Source of the DNA: Amoebidium appalachense
Taxonomy: Eukaryota > Protista > Ichthyosporea
DNA length: 64,000 nt
Direction of reading: 5' to 3'
Assembly: GCA_963693365.1 (NCBI GenBank)
Contig: CAVNZM010000010.1
Location: 8,805,794-8,869,793, forward strand
Numbering within the stretch: position 1 is the first letter of the stretch; the number at the start of each line of letters is the position of its first letter. Positions 1-22,055 of this stretch are shown in pieces. The position numbers and the translations under genes are program-made. A model generated the notes under the pieces. The model was given only the letters and a program-made list of their open reading frames with translations, did no database searches and was not told the origin of the DNA.

Positions 1-1144
1 GCGTGTGTGTGTGTGCAGGTGTGCATGTGTGTTTGTGCGTGTTTGTGCTTGATGGTGTACGCGCTTCTGTGTCGACTTCCTTTCTTTCAGCTCATCTTTG
101 CTTGCTGCCAGCAGGTGTGTGTGTGTGTGTGCGTGCCGTGGGGTGGTTTTGTGCTACCCTGTGGGTGTGCCTGTGTTGAGCAGAGTTGCTTTGTGCTGTG
201 TGTGCTGGCTGCCTGCGCGTAGCAAAAACTGTAGTTCACCAGGGCGTGTTCGTAGTGTGTGTCGATGTGTGCTTGTTCTTAACGTCTTATGTGTTTGACA
301 TCATCTAAGAATTACTAACTTTAACCGAGTAGACGGTTGCCGTTTCTTTTCTTTTTAACACTGTGAGACAGTATGCCGTGAGTATTGTGTGTGTGTGTGT
401 GGTGGTGGTGGTGGTGGGGCGGCAGGGGGGGGGGGGGGGGGGGGGGGGGGAGCGATTAGTGGTTGCGCGATGGGGGGGGGGGAGGGGAGGGGGGGGGGGG
501 GGGAAGGTGGATGGGCAGGTGGAGTGGAAGGGTTCTGCCTGTGCGCGTACCTGCAACTGCGTCTGTGTATCTTGTTGTGATTTTGCCTTCAACACGATGC
601 CACACCTTCTTTGAGGGAGTGCATGCACTGGTTCCTACCTGTGTGTGTGTGTGCGTGTGTGCCTGCAAGTGCACGTGTGGGAAGGGTGCCCTGGTTGGGT
701 CCGTTCGTGTGTGATTGTGCACATGGGGTGGGACAAGGTCGAAGTCGTGGTTATTCTTGATCGTGGTGGTGGACGTGGTGGTGGCAGTGATGGTTTTGGT
801 GTGGTGGTGGCGCGCGCGCGCGCGCTCGCGTGTGTGTGTGTGTTAGGGGGAGGGGTGAGGTTGGGGGGGTGAGGTTGGGGGGGTGGGGGGAGGGGAGGGG
901 AATAAGTAGTACATGACGAGAACAAGGCAACAAATGATGTGCTGGTGTGTGTGAGCGCGCGTATGCGTGTGTGGGTGGAAAGGAGGAGGAGGGGAAGGGG
1001 AGGGGAGGGGGGGGGGGGGGGGGGGGGGGGGAGGGAAGGATGGCTGGAATATTTGTCGCCGTTCTGTTGATGCTGCCCTTGTGCGTGCGAGGGGGAGAGT
1101 ACTTGTGGGTGGTGTGTGGCTGTGGCTGAAAGTTGTGTTGGCAG

Positions 1145-1904
1145 GTGGAGGGGACGGAGGGCAGTGGGCGGACGGAGAGGACGGAGGAGGGGCTGAGCGA
1201 GGAGGAGCAGAAGGCCATTCTAATCAACCAGGTGCTGGAGCTGCAGAACACCCTGGACGGTAGGCGCAGCCACACAGGCACAAAGGGAACACAGGGCACA
1301 GCCACACAGGGCACACAGGGCACGGGCAGGCACAGGCAGGCACACAGGGCACATGCAGGTACACAGAGGCACAGACACATACGGGCGCACATAGGCACAC
1401 AGGTACACACAGGCACATACGTGCACAGGGACATACGGGCGCACACAGACACATACGGGCAACGTGTGCACAGGCATATACAGGCACACGGGGCACACAG
1501 CACGCACAGGCACGCACGCACACAGGCAGCGGGCATACACGCATACAGGCGCAGATACACAGACATGCACATGCACACCTGGACACACACATGTTCGGGC
1601 ACACGCAGGCCACGGGCACACACGGGCACAAGCAGACACAGACAAACATATAGACAAGCTCATACACATAGGCACACATAGAGGCATGCATACACAGACA
1701 CGGGCCCACATGCACAAGGGTGTGGGCAGGCACAGGCACGAGAACGAACACACACACACACACCCAATGTTCCACGCAGTGGCAGGAGGCATGCACACAC
1801 AGATGCATGTGTGTGCACACAGCACGTGGCATACACTTCCACAGACAGAACTATCGTTGGTGGCCGTGTGTGGATTCTGTGAAGCCTGTTCCTACACATT
1901 TCCA

Positions 1905-1935
<31 letters not shown>

Positions 1936-1996
1936 ACCACCACCACCTCCTCCCTCTCCCCTCCCCTTCTCTTCCCTTTTTACATGCACATGCGAG

Positions 1997-2037
<41 letters not shown>

Positions 2038-2846
2038 CTGCCCTCCCCGCTTTTCCCTCTAAACACAATGTCCCACACAGAAAACGCCCACTCACTTTTT
2101 GCCCAAACATAACATGTGTACCGTATACGCACACAACACACAGACTCGCCGTATGCACGCACACACAACACACTCCACTCACTTTTAGCCCATGTTAACC
2201 TTCACCACACTACTGTTGTTATGCACATTCGCGCCACATCTGTTTCTGTTTAGTGACACTTCCCATGCTTGGCTGCTCCTCCTCGAGTTCATATGCATAT
2301 CGCCCCTCCCCCCCCCCCCCCTCCCCCCCCTCCCGCCTCACCCCCCACCTCCACCATCACACCACAGCCCACACACCACGACCACGAATACCCGTTTAAT
2401 GCACCAAAGAGCATATGCACCTTCCCTGGCCCTGTGTGGTACTTGCTCACAAATCTCTGCCTTGCAGTCTCTCCCCCCCCCCCCCCCCCCCCCTCTCTCT
2501 CTCCCACACACACACACACACACACACATACACACAACAGTGCACCTCGGTACCAACACTATAATACCCACCCAATATTTATTTCTGCAAACACAAGTTC
2601 TCCATGTTTTCTCGCGGTTCCATCTGCCATGCATCCGGCCAGACCCAAACACACACACACATATGGGCACACTGCACTTTTTTTCTGACCACGTGGTTGG
2701 TGTGCGCAGAGTTGTCACAGCGTGTGAACCGAGTCAAGGATGAGAACAGCAAGCTGAAGAGCGAGAACCAATTGCTGACGCAGTACATTGAAAACCTTAT
2801 GGCTAGCTCAAATGTCGTGCAGGGCGCTAAGGACTCGAGCAGGTAG
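1145..2846 (+). CDS. SCOC: Short coiled-coil protein (SCOC/UNC-69 family), 5'-partial, spliced
   Basis: Exons 1145-1259 and 2710-2846 join in phase 1 (gac g|gtaggc ... cgcag|ag ttg) to give [57 protein letters not shown], closely matching the conserved SCOC C-terminal coiled coil. A possible further exon lies at 910-944; the start codon was not located. Confidence 0.9.
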
Positions 2847-2899
2847 GAACTCAGTGCCCATGTGCACACGCATGTTTGGGCGTGCGCACACACAGCGCG

Positions 2900-2936
<37 letters not shown>

Positions 2937-3383
2937 AGATACACACAGGCACATGCGCAAGCATGTACATACCCATGTACATGCACATACACATGTACGT
3001 ACACATGGCCGGATGTATATACACATGCAAGTGCACACACACATGTACAGTTTACACACGCATGTACATGCACACACACCTGTACGCACTCATTTGGGGG
3101 CACATGTATACACACCCACACACACACACATGCATCCATACACACACACACATCCCAGACCCGGAGACCTGCCCCAAGATGACACACAAAACATACACGG
3201 AAAGACGAGCTCACTCTCACTGTATGTACACGGCATGTTTCTCGATGGGTGAGGGTGTTTGGACGTGTATGTGTGGGGTGGATGCACGTGTATGTGCGTG
3301 TGCGTGTGTGTCGGGGGGGGGGGGGGGGGGGGGGACGTGTGTACGTCTGGGTGTGTGAGTGCAAATGTGTTCTCCCTCTCCCT

Positions 3384-3475
<92 letters not shown>

Positions 3476-3815
3476 GGGGGGGGGGGAGGAGGAAGAGGAA
3501 AGGGAGGGAGATACTCAATCTGTCGTGACGTGGCAATTTGGTGACACTGACCCCCCCCCCCCCACCCCCCTCCACACACACACATACGCACACACCACAC
3601 ATACCACCACGACACCACCACCACCACCACCCGCCCAAATGCATGCACACATCTATGCACATCATATCGACTTACATTGTGTCGCGCATGCGCAACACAG
3701 CCTCACACTCAAGAACACACAAACACACACACAAACACACACACATGCACGCGCACACACACATACGTGCATGTACAAACGTTCACGCCCGCACAAATGC
3801 ACCTGCCCGCATACG

Positions 3816-3892
<77 letters not shown>

Positions 3893-4446
3893 AGCACCAC
3901 GGGCAGAAAGAGCAGCCTTCAGAGTTTGTGGTCAAGTCTTGGCGGCGGCAAGAAGTAGACTGTCCTTTCTATTTTTAGATTTTAATTTAATGTTTCGTGT
4001 GGGTGGGTGGGTGGGGAGGGGGGAAGGGAGAGGGGGGGGGGGGGTTCTACGCAAATAGAAATATTTAATGTTGTTCCTGTATGATTCTTCATGCACGTGC
4101 ATCAGATGTATGCACGTGATTTCCTGCTCTACATATGGGTGCTCATATTGTGAATACATGCCCTGAGGGTGGTCCTCTGCATTGTGAGGCAGGGAGAAAG
4201 ATATTCGTCACGTGACTGGTAGCAGCGCCCCGTTGGTCGATCGGCAACGGGTTGCCATTGGTTGAGATTAAAAATATAATTTAATAATCAGGCGCCGGCC
4301 AGCAGCACCAAGCGTCATTCGCAGATATACAAAAGAGGTGATCTTAGTTAACGTCGATAGATTCAATGCATAATTACCGAAGTTTGGGCCGATTATTCTA
4401 ATCTAAAAGGAGCTAATCATTCATGCCGCGCACACACCATATATGG

Positions 4447-12928
<8,482 letters not shown>

Positions 12929-14056
12929 TTTGCAGCCTCTCTGATGTGCGCACCTATCAAGACAGAAGACAACGCCTTGCAGCCTGAATTGCTATCTGCC
13001 TGGGATGACGTAACAAAGAGGTACTTGTAATCTGCCGAATGTCCGAATAAAAGCAAAGGAGACCATCTGCCTCTGAAGTATTTCATGGACAGGGTCCTGA
13101 GTTTGTTCGGCCAAACAGCATCGCTTCTCGTATGATATGAAGAAAAGACTGTGCCGAAACATGCAGGTGCAACTTTGCTAAAGGTTTGCATATGCCCGGG
13201 ACGCCAATAAAAAAATGTTCACACGACTGCCAAACGTGTTCGTGTGCGCTTCAGTTGCCTGTGCCGCCACTTGGTCTCTAATGATCTCTTCTTCCAACCC
13301 TGCCCTACCTACGCGTTCCTACGCGTACTTTCGCCAGTGTTTTGCCCTTTGGACCTGGCCCAGCCTGCCCTGTCAGGCGGGATGCTTTCCCGCCAAAATC
13401 TCCTGTCAGCCAATCATGCCTAAAACAGTAACGCTCAGATGACTCCAGTTTGCGCAATCACTGATGTTCCAAGTTGGGCCGGGGGTATGCACACCACGTG
13501 TACGTGCCACGTGCACGTAGATAGACAGATACTGATATTCACACACATACATTTCACCATATTTTCTTGTTCATGGATAGGTTTTGAATGCCTGTGAAAG
13601 TCCCGCGATGGGGAGTGTGTACAAGAGCAGGATGATCGGATCCCTTTCGATCACATGTACATTTAAGAGTGGCAAATGGGCCATGCCATACAATTGGAAT
13701 GGGCCATGCCATACATGGGCACATACATCATGTATCCAGCTTGCACTGAGATACAAGTGAGGCTCTTGCAAACTCGTTTCAGCCCGTCTGCTATGCGATA
13801 GCTTGTGCGGAAATACTTGCCACTATATGTGCGGGCTTTGGAGCGCTGCAGGCGATCCGCCTCGGAATTCAAGTTCATACCTACTACGAGTCTTTTATTC
13901 ACTTCTAATATACCTTGCCCAGTTGCTGATGGCTGTGCTTTAGCGACCACCTATAGCTTCCGTCCATCTGCCCATGTGTCGTTTACTGTGTGTGTGTTGA
14001 TAAATGGTGTATTATCACGAAACAGTTATTCGTAGCCACTTGGGCATGGAAACGTA

Positions 14057-14507
14057 CCGGGGTGGCTAGCTATAGCTGGCTAACTAGTGTTGGTGAAATT
14101 TTTCTATGGTATGACACTGCGTGTGCCTGTTCGCATGTGTTGGGGGTGGCTGAGGTGGATTTGGGGGGGAAGGGGGGGGGGGGGGGGTATGGTAGTCGCC
14201 GTGCATCAAAAATTCACCACTGCTCATGACGATGCATAGCGGAGATCATGGCGCACAAGCCTGGCACAGGGGTTAATAGTAGATCTGTATCATTAATAAC
14301 AATTTTTTTAGTTTATCCCGTTTTATTCCCGGAGGGATTCCTTAGGGCCTTGGGGCCCTCATGGGGAACTACCATCTTCTAACCAGTACCGACAGTGCTA
14401 GGGTGCTACGGTATTATTAGCTAAGCTATAGCTAGGACACCCTTAACAATCCTAACTCTTTGCACACACTTGGCCCAGGGTATCATGTGACACCTCAGCC
14501 ATGCCGG
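14057..14507. mobile_element. Putative Tc1/mariner-type MITE with TA target duplication
   Basis: TA|CCGGGGTGGCT (14055-14067) and AGCCATGCCGG|TA (14497-14509) form short imperfect TIRs. An extra inverted pair TGGCTGAGGTG (~14147) / CACCTCAGCCA (14491) is present. Confidence 0.4.
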
Positions 14508-14899
14508 TACCATTAATAAAGCATTTATTTTATTCACAAATTGTTAAAAAAAATTCCGGGCCGCGCGTTCAACAACTCAGACTCAATCAATAAGATGGTC
14601 GCTGAAGTTACCAGTGTATACATGGTTAAAAAAACGAGCAACTTGATAACGTACAAAAATCTTCTACTCTACGGGCTTTGGAAGACAATTTTAAATGAAT
14701 AGCTGAAGGCATGCACGTGACTATTTTACACGAATAAAACATACAAAAGTTCATCATACCTCTGCTTCTGCGCTGCAATCATTCAACACCATCGTTTTGC
14801 CTCGATACACTAGTGGCCATGTGCTGAAAAGCACAGGCAGCATACATACAGATTTTGAAATGTGCTAGGCAGCAAAGCAGCTATCAGAATAATCATTAC

Positions 14900-15817
14900 T
14901 CAATTCATCGCATACAGGTCCTTCAAAATGTCTTGATACTCGGCCGTGACGAATATGGCTGGGTCCACCTCAGTTTTGCCACGTGGCTTCTTCACGGGTT
15001 TGTACTCAAATGAGTGTGTGGCAGTGCTTTCCGGCACATAAATGAGTTGGTCGTCGTCTTCTTCGCTGCTGATGTCGCTTATTCGCTGGACATTCAAGTA
15101 TTGGGATGCCCAATCGTTCCGGAACCTCTGCTCAAGAAATGTATAGTCACTACGGGGCACGTTAAGGTTGTACTCAAAAAGACGCAGCAGCTCTCGCTCA
15201 TATGCAGATACCAGCGACACAGGCAGGCCGAGAATCTTCGCCCACGTTGAGTTGACGGACACACAGTCATCGCTCAAGTATTTGGTGGCAAGCACTGCAC
15301 ATGTGGCAAACACACACCGCCCACACGGCCTGGTCAGTTGTGTTGCTCCAGACATGCGCAGACACTTGTCGACATAATACATGGTCGTTATAAGTGTGCT
15401 TTCGTGCATACTTGCCTCCTCCACGACCTTTGCAAGAAATGTAATTACGTCTGTGTCTATGGGTGTGCGTGCATGAATTTCACACATAGAACATGAGTTC
15501 AAATTCAATAGCAACGAAGAAACGGGGCCGACCGTGTTGCCCAAGGACGCGTAATCGACGATATCAGGCACAGGCGAGTAACAGGACGCCGGGACAAAGG
15601 GCATGGTGCCAACTACGGCCGGATATGTGCCCATGTTGCTCTGTGTGTGATTGAACACGGGTCGCTGCACCTGAAATACATGGGGAAAGTCGAAAAACAT
15701 TGGGTATGCGAGCGGGACTGTGTTTGCCGAGTAGGTCTTAGTGGCTACTGACATGGCATGGAAATGCGCGGGGGGCCCGGCGGCAGGCCCAGTGTAAAAC
15801 ATCGGCCAAGAGTACAT
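14900..15817 (-). CDS. Pcl/Pho80-like (P/U-type) cyclin, single exon, 305 aa
   Basis: Non-repetitive ATG-to-stop ORF with a cyclin box: ITFLAKVVEEASMHESTLITTMYYVDK...RCVFATCAVLATKYLSDDCVSVNSTWAKILGLPVSLVSAYERELLRLFEYNLNV, matching the LAxKYxxD...NxxWA...ERExLxxLxYxL pattern of Pho85-type cyclins. Confidence 0.85.
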   Translation of the reverse strand: MYSWPMFYTGPAAGPPAHFHAMSVATKTYSANTVPLAYPMFFDFPHVFQVQRPVFNHTQSNMGTYPAVVGTMPFVPASCYSPVPDIVDYASLGNTVGPVSSLLLNLNSCSMCEIHARTPIDTDVITFLAKVVEEASMHESTLITTMYYVDKCLRMSGATQLTRPCGRCVFATCAVLATKYLSDDCVSVNSTWAKILGLPVSLVSAYERELLRLFEYNLNVPRSDYTFLEQRFRNDWASQYLNVQRISDISSEEDDDQLIYVPESTATHSFEYKPVKKPRGKTEVDPAIFVTAEYQDILKDLYAMN

Positions 15818-17208
15818 TTGGCTAATTCTATATTCATGCTAGGCTGCTTGTTGTCAATGAACAGGGTGTCACCACTATCTGATGCTCCTGAAGAAATAGC
15901 TCTATGTCAGTTGTGTCAGAAGAAATGAGCTGGAATGTGGGTGCTTTCGCGCTTATATAGCGGTGCAGTCTCAAAGATAAAACAGCTCTTACACACCTCC
16001 AAACCAATGCATGATTTCCGGAACTTTTAGCGAATAGGAACTGGCTTAGTGTCACTGTATCGCACAGAAGTATGTAGGTTATCTCTATGGGATGACTGTG
16101 ATTGGCCGAATGGCCGATGCTGTTATGTCCCGAGTTACGCGTCGTTTCGCGGTATTTGTCACCGCCAATTTTTTTCTGCAGGCCAATCGGGGTGTCGAAA
16201 GATCTTATTATTGCACGGGGCCGGGTTGCGTAGCCCGGCGCATGGCCGGTGTCCCTTGAAGCAATTCAGGGTCGCGTACTAGAAGGCAACTATAACTATA
16301 GTCTACAACTTGTTTCTTTTTATTATCGAGAAATTGGTTCAAGGTTATGTTCTGTGTGTCTTGTTTTTTTGCGAAGGTGCAGTTATCTTCCACTAAGCTA
16401 CCCGCAAAATAGGCCAAGCTCATTTAGTGTGATGACAGTTGTGATCTAAAAGCGGTCTAAATATATTTGGTGTTTCTACGTTGACTGGTTTATAGCGAAT
16501 CAGCGATATCTATATCACTATGGGATGCGCTGATTGGTTCAATACCATTTACGGCTTTCTTTTGACTAATCAGATATCCTGTGTTCGATGACATCTTGCC
16601 GTGTGATTGCCTCCACACATGGTGCGCATTCGTGATAGTACACAACGCGGTCCAAGAGCCATAAGATTGCCCCAGCTCCTTTTTCAATGCATACAGTTCA
16701 GTGATTGCCTGTAGACTCGAAAGCTAGTATATTTATAGTTGTTTTAACACCTTTTATTGATAAAGCAAAGCACAGATGGTGTATGTGAAGCTGCTGTTCA
16801 CATCTGAGGCGTGATCGTTTCCATTGGCCAGATCTTTGCCGTCTAGCGATTGGTCACCTATACAACCAATCGTAATGTAAGGAAAGGACTGTCAATATCT
16901 ACAAGCGCGTACTGATTGGTAGAAGAGTTTGATTGGACCACACATTTGCGTCGCCGTTACCCCCACAACCTTCCTCTTGTGCCTACGCACCGTAACGCAC
17001 GCCTTCAGGTTCCGGATTCTTTTCTTTTCTAGCTCGTTAGCGACAACATTCTGTTAAGGTTGTCCATCAAAACAAATAAGCGTGAATCTTAAATTTTTTC
17101 TGGTGCTTTGTGTTTATGGTGTTGACCTGGGTAGCTAATATAAGCTTTTCAAAACACCATATAGAGAAATCAAAGGTAAAACTCAGTCGGCATGTGTTAT
17201 GTTCCTTA

Positions 17209-18707
17209 GGCAACACCGTACTGATCATTATCGCTTTTTGGGAGCTTTGGCAGGATATAATTCTCCTGCTGTACGTATGGATACCACCCCAGTAGATAAG
17301 TCTGTATGGTGCTCTGATGTTGATATTGCCTGGGAAGTTGTGCAGTGGCGTTGTAGTTTTTATTTCATCGCCGCTGGTGCCACTTTTGTGCTGAACTTTT
17401 TAATCGCAAGCATGTTGATAGGTGTGAGTTTTTATGTCGCGTTTTACCTCTTTCCCTACGGGTGTCTGCTACACTGGCTGGCAATGTGACCACTTTAGAC
17501 TTTTTGTTGAATTCTGTTGGTCGTCACATTGAGTATTTATATGATTTTCACACAGTGTTCAGGTATCTCAGTATGCACTTGTTACTGGATAACTCGTGAA
17601 GTTTTTATTGTCTTCTCAGTATGCCGTGCATACTTGCAAAATATATATATATATATATATACTTGCATACTTTCCGTCGAATAAATCCAGTCAAAAAAAA
17701 AATAGCCATTTCACATAGACACGAAGAACGGAGTCTTGGGGGATTCGACAACGAACTCCGGATTGGTGGTTCAAGTTTTGTTACACGCCGGGCACTGGCC
17801 CACCACGTCACCCATGCCACCTCACCTGCACAGTGCACACGTGTAGGTGTGCGAAAAGCTACACAATCAGCCTACGTGCATAAAAGACTAAACACGTGTG
17901 CACTTGATTGACCCATGCCTATGACACCTACATGTACATGCACATATGTGCACGAACACCGGCACATGCACAGATACTGTAGATACCGTCACAAGCTCAG
18001 GGTGGTATCGAAAACGATGCGCATGCTCTGAGTTTGCCACGCATTTGCCAATCGCATGCATTTGATTTCGGGCACGCCCCCACGTACAGGTACAAAAATA
18101 AACCTAACAATGTGCCACGGTGGGTCTGGCCCACGGTGGTGACCGGAGCGGGGGCGAGGGGAGGTGATCTCTTCTGCAAGGGGGGGGGGGGGGGGGTGTA
18201 CAGGGGGGGGAGGGGGGGGGGGTGAGGGAGATTCCCCAAGCCAAATTTCTTTCTTCTGTTTCGCATGAAGTTCGATGACGTCCCCGCCCAAAGCCTTATA
18301 ATAAGCGGGCCCACATATGATGGCCTTCACTTTCTCCCCACGTACCATAATATATCCCCGACGTATACCTTCCGCTCCAATCAGCACTTCAAGTTTTCCG
18401 ATAAATTGTGGCTGGTATGTATCATGGATAAGTGTGGCTGTTTGTGGGGGTGTGCATGTATGTATGTGACGGTTCCTGTGACGGTGTACATGTGTGTGTG
18501 TGAGAGAGTGTGTATCTGTGTGTGCGTGCACGTGCATGATGCATGTGCATGAGTGAGATCCAGGAATATTTGTGTGCACGTGAGCCTCCTGTCGTCGAAA
18601 CGTTCGGACGAGTGCAAAACGAGTAAATGCTGCATGTCCCAGTTCGTGTGTTTTTTTGCGCACTCGTGTGTGTGTCAGTGGGTGCGCGTGTACATGTGTG
18701 TGTACGT

Positions 18708-18759
<52 letters not shown>

Positions 18760-18821
18760 CGTGTGTGGGTGTGTGTGTGTGTGCACGTGTATGATGTGCG
18801 TGCGTGCGTGCGTGCACGCCG

Positions 18822-18917
<96 letters not shown>

Positions 18918-19151
18918 TGTGTGTGTGTATCAGAGAGAGAGAGGGAGAGAGAGGGGGGGGGGAGTGTGGGAGGGAGGGAGGGAGGGAGGGAGGGAGGGAG
19001 AGAGGGAGAGAGAGAGAGGGAGAGAGAGAGAGAAAGAGAAAGAGTGGTGTGTCTGTACATGTGTGTCTGTGTGTGTGTGTGTGTGTGTATGTGTATGGCA
19101 TTGTGTACGGTGTGTACGTGTGTGTGTATGTGTGTGTGTGTGTGTGCGTGC

Positions 19152-19228
<77 letters not shown>

Positions 19229-19498
19229 GTGTGTGTGTGTGTGTGTGTGTGCCCCCGTTTCTTGCTGATGCCAACCGGTGACTATAGTAGCCATGGTGGT
19301 GTCAGCACTACGGCAATAGCAGTAACTCGTGCCAGCATCATATTCCAAATATTCTACGGGTTGAACTTCACTCGTGGTGGGAAACGGTTAAAAGAGGTCG
19401 TGCGGGGAAATATGCAAGCCCGGGCAAGGGAGGGATGTGAGTGCCAGAGTGTAGGGGGCAGAGATTTGGGGAGAGGAGAAACGGGAGGTGGGGAGGGG

Positions 19499-19529
<31 letters not shown>

Positions 19530-19578
19530 ACACGACCACCGATCTAATCGAAGGTTAGGTTTGGGAATGATCAGAACT

Positions 19579-19612
<34 letters not shown>

Positions 19613-20379
19613 AGGGGGCCGGGGAGGAAGGGGAGGGACACAACGAGTGCAGCTATAACTATCACTCAAGCGGTGTACATGTAGTATGTGTGGGGAGGGA
19701 CGGTTGAGTTCCGGGGGGGAACGGGAGAGGGGGGCAATCGAGGGAACGACGTTGACCACCGATGACAGGTGGTGAGGGTGGGTTGGGGGGGGGGGGGGGG
19801 GGGGGGGGTGAGAGGGGAGTGGGGAGTAGGGGGAAAGCATCCGTGCAAAATATGTTAAATGGGGGGGGGGGAGGGTTTGGCCCTTAGTCTGGCACAGAAT
19901 TTATTTTACTTCTAATCCTCGCATCCCCCCCCCCCCCCCCTCCCCCCCCCCCCCCCCCCCTCCCCCCCCCCCCCCTTTTCAACCTTTTTAATGCAAGAGC
20001 GGCCTACAACATCATCTGATGTGCCCTTACACTCTCTCTTACACGTTATCGTATTGCCGTGCTGTGTCAGCGGTTTCGGAAGCACATGCACTAAGCATTG
20101 GTTTATGGGGCACAGCGTCGAAACACGTGGCACTGCAGCACACATGTTATGAGTCAAGATGTGTGGTAGTGGCATATGCGTGCGCAGGGTAGGGTCATTG
20201 ATGACGCCTAAAACACTTATGATGGGTCATTGCACTTGTAGATCAAATCGATCACTTTGCCACCGCGCGTTGGGCAAACCCAGCAGTCAGTGCCAACACC
20301 AAGCAGTGACTGAGGCGCTCATAGTATTAATTAGATGCAGCCTGGTGCCAGCATGACATGGGCCGGGCGCCGGGGGAGG

Positions 20380-20418
<39 letters not shown>

Positions 20419-20493
20419 TGGATCAGCTTGAAGAGTGGTGCTTCGTGGGCCGAGGGATTTTTTTTTCTTTTTTTCTTTTTTTTGTGTGTGTGT

Positions 20494-20537
<44 letters not shown>

Positions 20538-20658
20538 GGTGAGGGGGGGGGAGGGGGTACCGGGGGGAGGGAGAGGGCAAGAAGGTGGATCAGAATGGCA
20601 GACTTTCAGAGAATGGGTGCAAAGAGTGGGTGAGTGGCAATGCCCGAACTCGTATGGA

Positions 20659-20691
<33 letters not shown>

Positions 20692-20804
20692 CTAAGGGAG
20701 TTACCGGCCAAGATGGTGCAAAAAGTAGACAACTGGATGGCGTGATGGAGGAGCTGCGAGAACGGGCAGGCATCGTTCACATTGTCAATGATAGAGATCT
20801 TAAG
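17209..20804 (+). CDS. Possible multi-exon gene of unknown function (model unresolved)
   Basis: Unique-sequence blocks bounded by AG/GT between microsatellite tracts. 18271-18414 (FDDVPAQSLIISGPTYDGLHFLPTYHNISPTYTFRSNQHFKFSDKLWL|gtatgt) joins in phase to 19291 onward (PWWCQHYGNSSNSCQHHIPNILRVELHSWWETVKRG). Other candidate exons lie near 17209-17421, 17708-17841, 17996-18089, 20071-20188 and 20729-20804. No family recognised. Confidence 0.3.
18798..18918. repeat. (TGCG)n tetranucleotide microsatellite
   Basis: About 120 bp of GCGT/TGCG repeats with one interruption. Confidence 0.9.
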
Positions 20805-21172
20805 GTAGGGGGTTGCCAAGTTGTGCACGTGGCAGGCGAAAAAATGTAAAGCTTAAGTGTGCTTGTGAATGTGTCGCCCCGGGGAGGCAGGGGACAAGAG
20901 GGAAATGGTGGGTGGGTGGGTGGGTTTTTTTTTTTTTTTTTTTTTTTTTTTTGGGGGGGGGGGGGGGGGGGGAGGGGAGGGGGGGGGAGGGGGGGGGGGG
21001 GCACCCGTGGGGGGGGGGGGAGGGGGTTTAAACTTCCGGTCCGGGAGAATTTTGTGTGATTCTGAAAATTTCTAGAACATCATGTGCAGGCATGTGTAAG
21101 CATCCAGATAATATGAGCAGTTATGCTGAAACCCGAAATATTGAGTGCAGATATATAAAAGCTCGAAATATC

Positions 21173-22055
21173 TTTTTTTCTTTTGACTCGGTTTTATTGA
21201 TCCGTTGACGAAGGCAACGTGCAGCCACAGGCTACATAACCACCAATAGAACTGAAAAAGCCAAAGCTACGAAATAAAAATAAAGCGACAAGTGACAAAG
21301 GACACCAGGCTGCGGGCAAAACCTTAAGTGTACGTGTATGCGTGAAACTAGTTTGCTCCAACTAGTCATATGCATCGATGTTGACCAGACCACACTCCGC
21401 AAGAAGACATCATGACTGCTGCTTCCCAACAGGCCCCCCTCAAAACCTACCGAGGCAGAGCAAGCAAGTCAGCCTCTAAAAGAGCAATGCAGACCAAATC
21501 TGAGCTAAAAAACAATCCCAACGGGCCCGGCCCCTAGATAACCCGGAGAAACTGCATCTAGCTCTCTGATAAGGTGGCCTAGTTGTGGCAGGACACACAG
21601 AAAAACACAATTACAGAATGCATGCAAGCAAACCCGGTCATTGCCATACGACTGGAGGCTAAGGACTGGCAGTCACTTGGAAAGCTCCCCGACGACCAAG
21701 TAGCCGCCCCTCCACTCACGCAGCGCAGAAGTAGCTGAAGAAGTTGCAGCAGCCCACCGCCAATAGGTCGCGTAGAAGCGTAGACAGCGTGTAGAAGTTA
21801 CCATAGGTTGCAGTGGACCACCAGGCGTTGAAGAAACCACTTCTCAAGCGAGAAACTCCGCGAAAGGGAGATGCCCCCACACTCTCACAGCAATAGGAAT
21901 ACACCAGGCAACACCACACACACGCTGCAGTCACGTTCCCCTGAGTGGGACTCCCTCCCACCACAAAAAGAAGAAACGAAAGCCTTTATATACCTGCCAT
22001 GGTGAAGAATTGGGAAAAAAAGTTGACGTGACAGCGAAGAGATCGAAGTGAAAGT
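21173..22055 (-). mobile_element. Non-autonomous poly(A)-type retroelement family B, copy 1
   Basis: Highly similar to 57071-58075. On the minus strand it ends in AATAAA followed by an A-rich tail. Flanked by the 8-bp direct repeat GAAATATC (21165-21172 and 22056-22063). Confidence 0.8.

Noticed and set aside
1262-1760. Degenerate CACAGG/CACGGG repeat giving a 182-aa His/Thr/Arg-rich ORF
   Set aside because: It follows the SCOC donor at 1260 and is decayed intronic CA-type repeat.
21716-21964. 82-aa ORF inside retroelement B
   Set aside because: The frame is disrupted by indels in copy 2 and there are no RT or endonuclease motifs.
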